NCBI GenBank assembly: GCA_964016885.1
Contig: OZ024740.1
Coordinates: 402,690,001 to 402,754,000 of the forward strand
Reading direction: 5' to 3'
DNA length: 64,000 bases
From: Eledone cirrhosa
Lineage: Eukaryota
Shown piece by piece: positions 56,551 to 64,000 of the stretch. The first letter of the stretch is position 1, and each line of letters begins with the position of its first letter. The translations under genes and the position numbers were made by a program. The notes under the pieces are model-generated. The model saw only the letters and a list, made by a program, of their open reading frames with translations. It did no database searches and was not told where the DNA came from.

Positions 56551-57074
56551 ACCCACACACACATATTTGTTGTGAAAGAGTCATTTCTCAATCTTGGCGC
56601 AAAACCAATTTTTTATCCACATGACCTCTACCGACCAATCAAAATTGTTTTGACCAAGAATTTTTGCTGGACCCACTTTTTTAACATAAAAACAGTCTTG
56701 GCGCAAAATCAACTTTTTACATTCACATGACCTCTACCGACCAATCAAAATTGTTTTGACCACAAGCATTTTTGCAACACAAAAATAACGCTGGAGCCAC
56801 TTTTTTAACATAAAAACAGGTAGAATTCCCAAAACTAATCAGATCAGAGCAAACAGCACGGACACTCTATCTCAAAATTATTTTTGAAAAGCATTTAGAA
56901 ATGCGCAACCGGTAAAAACTTAAAAACTTAAAACCACAACTGAATACTAACCCATACAATCACTAATACTCTTTTATTCCTAATTAAACCATTTTTCAAC
57001 TGTGAACAATTTGTCAGCATTTTCTATTCCGTTTACCAATATATAATAACTTGTGTGTTACACCTCTATTCTTT

Positions 57075-57217
<143 letters not shown>

Positions 57218-57324
57218 ATGTCCATAGAATCATTTGATAATATATATATTGATAATACATCGTATATACTCTTTTACCTGTTTCAGCCATCCGGCTGAGG
57301 CCATGCTGGGGCACCGCATATATC

Positions 57325-57953
57325 CGATGACCCTGGATTTCTGTGTCTTTTCTTTGTATTTTTATTTTCAAAAGATAATTTGTTAATGTTTCCCCTTAAA
57401 ACAATTGTTTTTCGTTTTGCCTTGTTTTCATTCATTGTCTTGTCCTTTCTTTGCTGATTTTCATAATTTTATCATTACTAACCTGCGACGAACTCGTTCC
57501 CCCCCCCCCTCCTCATCAATTTCAATGGCTGACATATTTTAACACGATACCTTGCTTTCGCCTCTTGCCATTTTTTCCTTCTCTTTCTTTTTTCTTTTCT
57601 TTCTTTTCACTCACGAGAGTTCCGTTCTATGAGGCACAATACCTTTTCTTTATCCTCCGGTGAAGTTCTGTGTACTTGTCATAGCTTAATAGCTATAAGT
57701 TGCTGTTTTGTCTCGTCTCTTAGTCCATTAGTCAGATTCTGTGAACCCGTGTTGTCCAACAGTACCATTGGTAGGGGTTGAAACCACCAAAGTGCATCTC
57801 AACGGTCGATCAACCTGGAGTTCAGTATCTTTCGTTTGTAATTTTATTTTGAAAAAATAATTTTTTAAGGTTTGCCCTTAAAAAAATTGTTTTTCGTTTT
57901 ACTTTGTTTTCGTCGATCGTTTTGTCCTCTCTTTCTTGATTTTCTTAATTGTA
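57325..57953 (+). mobile_element. Old element with ~145-bp direct repeats (57325-57470 / 57807-57953) and a decayed hammerhead (57735-57811)
   Basis: GATT-CTG(-)TGA-ACCC...GGGT-T-GAA-ACC...GGT-C-GATC; ends in (TA)n. Confidence 0.65.
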
Positions 57954-58569
57954 TATATATATATATATATATATATAACGAAATTATGAAATTTGACGTG
58001 TACTATGCCAGCTGATAAATATCTTGCACAGAATACAGGCAAGCTATTACAAGTAGTTCTAAGCTAGAATAAAGGAAACATGAGACTATTCTATTTTTCT
58101 GTTTGTTTGTGTTTTCTTTTTGTTTTCTTTTGTTTTAAGAAGTTGACATACATAACAATAAAATCTGAGGTACCACACAGCTGTGAGGAAGATGGAGAAA
58201 CAACCAGCATTTTTTTTTTTATTTGTTGAAAATTGGATTTCAAAATGTCACGCGACGACATTTGCAAACATAGTATTTACATAACCAATACTGGATAGGA
58301 TTGATCAAATCGAAAGTGAATAAACCAAACCTGACGAAAATATATAACGATGCAGAATATAAAAATTTAAATGCAGTTTATTTGAAGGCTATGAAACAAA
58401 CATCATTCATATTATAAGACTATCTCCTTCGTATTTATAAACTAGTGTTACTCGTCATGTGGCTTGAAATTTTGTAATCATATGTTTGCCACCATGAGTA
58501 ACAGTACGTAAATAAATAATAATGTCTAAATATATAAACACACACAGACACAAACATACAGATACGAAG

Positions 58570-58653
<84 letters not shown>

Positions 58654-60096
58654 TAACTACGCCTGCAATTCAAAACTACAAAATATAGTAATGAAAGAAA
58701 GTGCCAATTTGAGAAAAAAGAACGAAAGCTGGAAAAATAACCTACATTTCGTTAAAACTTTCTCCAGACGATATTTTTGTATATATATGCATATATGTGA
58801 GGCGGAGTCATTAGAACGTCGAATAGAACACTTTTCGGTTTTCCTTTTTTCTCTCTGCTCACTTAGTTCAAATCGCGCTGAGGTCAACATTGCTTTTCAT
58901 TCATTCGCATTGATAAAACGTATCAGTGAGGTACTGAGGTCGATTTCCCCATATATCTCTTTCTAACTTACTCTATCTCACTTTCTCCCCATCTCTGGCT
59001 GGAACAAATCTACTCTATTCAGACCTGGCCCTAGAAACGCCGTCAATACGGTGTTCCAACAACTCCATCAGGAGTTACGAGACCATACATAAATGGATAT
59101 ATGTATTTTTCTCTCTGAGTGTGTGTGTGTTCGTGTTTACGCGCACGTACTAAGACTTCGGCTTTCCTTCGCTACTCAGCCTTCGCCTGCCACTTCACTA
59201 ATTATGTATACTCTTCCGTTAACCCATATGTTAATTCCCTCAGTATCTATCTTTTACTTAATTCCTCATGCTCTTTATGTTATGAAACGTGACATTGGGC
59301 AAATAAAAACACCAGGTATTTTGTATTCAAGATTAGAGATACAGTGTAATATCATAGATACTTGAGTGCTATTTTTAGCTTAGGAAGAAGGACGATGCGG
59401 AGGAGGAGGGGGCGAGACGAATGAGAAGAAGAAGAAGAAGAAGAAGAAGAAGAAGAAGAAGAAGAAGAAGAAGAAGAAGAAAAGAGGACATATATATATG
59501 AACTCTACGTAGACAGAGGTCACAAATTTTAAACCTTTATCTTTTAATTGTCAAAGAGTATCAGCGACACCTTGCGAGAAAAATTTCTCACACCCTTCAG
59601 CGATTAGTAAATATGTTATAAGATCGTTTCACCATTAAATGTGTCAACGAGCAGGTGGGATGGAAGGGTAAGTAATAACGAAACACAAAAACAAAAAAAA
59701 ACAAACATTGTCTAGTCACAATGAAAGAGAAGGAATACTAAATGATCTGACCAAAGGCGGTATAGACAGATTCTGACCTTTTGTTACTCCGATCTCTTTT
59801 ATTTTTGTTTCTTCTACGATGACATTACTTTCTGGGTTTTATTTGATGAATGGAAACGATGCTTGCACACCTCAGCCAATCGTATTTGCTGCTAATCATA
59901 TGCCGTTCTAATGAAGTTCTGTGCCTGCAACATATACCATCTGCTTGTTTAGCTGTAAGATTGCTATTATTGAGAAATATAGTGAACATACACAGACATA
60001 TGTGCAGGAGTCACCACATGCTCTCAAAATGACAAGCACATTTAGTACTTATATGCAAACATAGAAAAGACATGCACATATATACACGCAGGCACA

Positions 60097-60134
<38 letters not shown>

Positions 60135-60241
60135 ACACACACACACACATACACAGACACACACACACACACACACACACACATATGAGTGTGTCCCTGT
60201 GTGTGTGTGGTGTGTATAATATATATATACATATGAATATG

Positions 60242-60301
<60 letters not shown>

Positions 60302-60378
60302 TTATTCCGTGTTGAATCGGAGGTAACCCCAGTAAGGTACTCATTACATAACAGAGTATAAATGTTTTAATATAGAAG

Positions 60379-60429
60379 AGCTTCTACAGGACTAGAACTG
60401 TTTCATTCGTGAGAAATCATCAGGGAACT
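60379..60429 (-). ncRNA. Type I hammerhead, intact core
   Basis: AGTTCC-CTGATGA-TTTC-TCAC-GAAT-GAA-ACAG-TTCTAGTC-CTGT-A-GAAGCT. Confidence 0.75.
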
Positions 60430-60585
60430 GGTTGTCCAAGTAAGTAGTGGTATTTATATCTTTTCTTTTCTGGTGGTAGGAGAGGGTGAGGATTGGGATT
60501 GGTGGAGGTCATTGGTTTAAGGATTTAAAGAAAAGGGAGTTCATTAAAAGAAAAGATATAAATACCACTACATACTTGGACAGCC

Positions 60586-60636
60586 AGCTCCCTGATGATT
60601 TCTCACGAATGAAACAGTTCTAGTCCTGTAGAAGCT
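60586..60636 (+). ncRNA. Type I hammerhead, intact core
   Basis: AGCTCC-CTGATGA-TTTC-TCAC-GAAT-GAA-ACAG-TTCTAGTC-CTGT-A-GAAGCT. Confidence 0.75.
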
Positions 60637-60640
60637 CTTC

Positions 60641-60776
<136 letters not shown>

Positions 60777-61063
60777 AAGATTGATAGATAGAGATAAATA
60801 TTGATATAGATATATTAATAGGAATTCGAATGAATAGTAAATATTACAAAAATAGTTTTTCGTGTAATCGTTTAGCAGGAGACGCGATGAAATATATAGT
60901 ATTCAAATTTTGGAACAATAATATATAAATATATTAAATATGTTTCTACTTTTCGCACAAGGTCAGCAATTTGAAAGGAAGGGGAAAGTCAAATATATCG
61001 ATCTCAATGCCTTACTAAATATCGTAAACATCAATATGCGAAAAATAAATCAAAGCAAATATA

Positions 61064-61097
<34 letters not shown>

Positions 61098-61134
61098 TGG
61101 ATTATGTCGATCGATTGGTTATTGATTAGGCGAT

Positions 61135-61219
61135 ACCCGCTGATGAAGCCCGGGAACCTTATAGGCACCCGTTTTACGTGTGTTGCGTTGAGGCAAATAA
61201 CTATATGTATAATCTGGTA
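61135..61219 (+). ncRNA. Decayed hammerhead-like motif in a TA-flanked segment (61095-61300)
   Basis: ACCCG-CTGATGA-AGCC...GGC-AAA (G12 missing)...ATC-TGGT. Confidence 0.4.
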
Positions 61220-61331
61220 ATGTATATTACATTGCCCATTGAGTGCGCTGAGATACAACCGGTACTGGCATTAATAAATATGCTGGGTCCGTCAACCCTT
61301 ATTATATATATATATATATATGGGAAAAGTG

Positions 61332-61575
<244 letters not shown>

Positions 61576-61576
61576 A

Positions 61577-61702
61577 GCCGTCGAAACGGCTTGGGCTCAG
61601 CCGTCGGGGTCCTACTCGTTCCTATTACCCACTCTACTACCGTAAGTATTGAGTACTTTGGTGCGTTATGGTCCACCTGGTTCCTTACCTCATTTCCTTC
61701 GT

Positions 61703-61704
<2 letters not shown>
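61577..61704 (+). mobile_element. Half-hammerhead family copy
   Basis: GCCGTC-GAA-ACG-GCTTGGGCTCAGC-CGT-C-GGGG ... CCTTCGTTA(TA)n. Confidence 0.85.
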
Positions 61705-61755
<51 letters not shown>

Positions 61756-61764
61756 ATATTTATA

Positions 61765-61840
61765 CAGGGTTCCCCTCAAAATGTACATACATATTTATTA
61801 GAAAGCTGTTGAAGTGTGCATACATTATTGGAACACCCTG
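61765..61840. mobile_element. Tc1/mariner-type MITE (76 bp)
   Basis: TIRs CAGGGT...ACCCTG with TA on both sides; internal sequence matches 63378-63489 in reverse. Confidence 0.7.
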
Positions 61841-63169
61841 TATATATATATATATATATATATATACTGCTATACTTAGGGAGGGTCATATTGATGTAAT
61901 AATATTGCCAGAAATAATAACAGAATACACTCACTATTTGGCTGGTTTTTGCTTCTGTATATTTTATATTTCCATAGTTAATTTATTTGGCAATCAATGT
62001 ATATCATTGATTGACCAACGGTTAAAAGTACAGATATAAATATATATATAGTCTATCAAATTTCTTTCGTTGCACATCTGCGACATCATCTTGTCTCCTT
62101 ATATGGATATGTCCCTGTTTTAAGATGTTTATATTTTAATGTAAGTACCTTACTGTATTTTTCATGTATATTCTATTGAAGCTATTTCTATATATTTATA
62201 AATTAGTGGTGTGACATTTGCCCTATTTCAATATAATTTAGCCCTTCGTATAAATCCTCTAACCAGAAATTTTGTTGCCATTTGTAAGAAACATTTGTTC
62301 ATTTTACTGAAATTATTATAACAGGCTTCTGCATTTAATTATTCATGAATGATTCTTAGAGTTAACCAATTTCAAATGTATAGATCTTAGAAAGAGTAAA
62401 GTGATATTTGAATGTTCGACTGGTCCTAATGGATTGCCGTGGTTTTACAAATTGTGGAGACGTGTATAAACCCATAACACTTTCAAACTACTCCCTCTAT
62501 TATCTGCTGCCGAAAGCGTATATATAATTTTATATAATTCAGTTCCACTTATAATAAGTATGCCGAGCCAACTAAAGGACATATAGAATGTCTATGTTAT
62601 CTTAACATTTGTATCTTTACTGTTTTTTAAATGTCATTCTATATAAGCTATATGGACACATATATGCATGCTTATATAGATACACATATACATTTATAAA
62701 TGTTTTCATGTTTGCATATGTGTGTTTGTGTTTGCATATGTGTGTTTGTGTTTGTATGTTTGCATGTTGAATGACAGTCCATTCAGTTGTGTATACCACT
62801 GGTAACATGTAATCCCGTACAACATGTTAAATTGTCGAGACATTGAAATCTAAACTGGTACTCTCACCAGGCTAGCCTGGAGAGGATCGTTGCTAGAAAC
62901 CCAACACAATATAAAAACAAGAGCTGTGACACGAATGTAGTTAACAGAGTGTCAATTACTATTGAGCAATGTTTAAGGCACCCGCGTAAATCCTTGAAAT
63001 TATGGCAGAAGAAAAAGTCATAGGAAGATGCCACCTACTCGTATACCCTACATTAGAAACGCCGAAGTAAATCTGTTTAAAAGTGTCAGAGGTAGTTTGA
63101 TGTTTCAGTTTGCTGTTATATATGCTACCAATCCACGTAGGTATATGTTTGGTATTATTAAATAAACCA

Positions 63170-63360
63170 AGGGCAGTGGATTGGCAGTATCGGTAGAGGG
63201 TCGGACGCCTTGCTTTGCAGCAAAGAGTTACGTCCCTTTATGGTCTGAGTTCGAATCCCGCCGAGGTTAACTTTGCCTTTCATCCTTACAGGGTCGATAA
63301 AATAAAGTACCAGTAATGTACTGGGTAATTGCTGGCCTTGTGCCAAAAGTAGAAACAATT
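63170..63360 (+). mobile_element. tRNA-derived SINE family A, full length
   Basis: B-box GAGTTCGAATCCC, central domain and tail as in the other copies. Confidence 0.9.
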
Positions 63361-63377
63361 GTTAGATAAACCATATA

Positions 63378-63489
63378 CAGGGTGTGTGTGTGTGTGCCCC
63401 CCCCCCCCCAATATATATACACTTCAGCAGTATTTTAATAAATGCCTATACAGGGAATCATAGTGTGTATATATTTTTGGGACACTCTG
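63378..63489. mobile_element. Tc1/mariner-type MITE, same family as 61765-61840
   Basis: TA-CAGGGTGT...GGGACACTCTG-TA; left TIR expanded by (GT)n and poly-C. Confidence 0.65.
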
Positions 63490-64000
63490 TATATATCCAT
63501 GGTTCAAAATAAAATTAATAATTATATTAAACTTATTGGTGGAATATGTTCACCGCCAGTACGAAGATATATTTTAAATTTTCGGATAGTAAATACAAGT
63601 TGTTTATCATACATTTCAGGGAGGTGTGTCGGCTACATCAATCTGACTACACTAAATATTTTGTATCACTAAATGTCAAGGTAATCTTGGGCACTGGATA
63701 ATATTATTAAATATTATGCCACAGTTGTTAAATAATTTGTTCTTGTATTATGAGATCATTGTACAGCTTCCATCGTTAACCTCTACGTTAATTCAAAGCC
63801 AACATGTGTATTGGACTTCCGTCGGTTTCGGCGATGCTTGTTCCGGTTTTTTTTATCAATGGAATAGTGATAAAGCGCGCTAGTGAATTTAACATATAAT
63901 GCTTGAGCATGTCACAACATACTTACCATTAAAGTAGTGTTAAACGAGTCACATGGATGTTCATTTCAATTGTCGGTACAAATAATTTCTTCCAGTTGAA

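Larger units (their letters stand above)
52782..57045. mobile_element. ~4.3-kb palindrome built from a 5'-truncated Penelope-like (Neptune-type) element: arms 52782-54746 and 55073-57045
   Basis: ~1.97-kb arms are reverse complements with few substitutions and microsatellite length differences. The spacer encodes the RT C-terminal region. Confidence 0.92.

Noticed and set aside
52782-57045. Large palindrome as a pure sequencing fold-back artefact
   Set aside because: The arms differ by substitutions, an indel and repeat lengths, and the spacer holds unique collinear RT sequence. Not fully excluded without reads.

Overview
AT-rich, microsatellite-dense eukaryotic DNA with no recognisable host protein-coding exon, so probably intronic or intergenic. 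The SINE families and the (TA)n/(CA)n/(GA)n load suggest an octopus or other cephalopod; this is inference from memory, not a database result. The protein-coding traces all belong to transposons: a near-full-length but frameshifted Tx1/L1-clade LINE in an (ATT)n tract (30913-36905) with two more fragments of the same family, relics of CRE, R4/Dong and CR1-group LINEs, and a Penelope-like (Neptune-type) RT/GIY-YIG element forming a ~4.3-kb palindrome (52782-57045). The main hidden signal is RNA structure. The window holds about 18 complete or near-complete type I hammerhead ribozyme (HHR) motifs from several unrelated non-coding families, plus 5 half-HHR loci. These include a head-to-tail array of ~533-bp monomers, each with an intact HHR core (1629-3199; retrozyme architecture), and many (TA)n-embedded fold-back elements, several carrying a ribozyme on each strand. 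All folds were paired by eye and coordinates may be off by a few bases.
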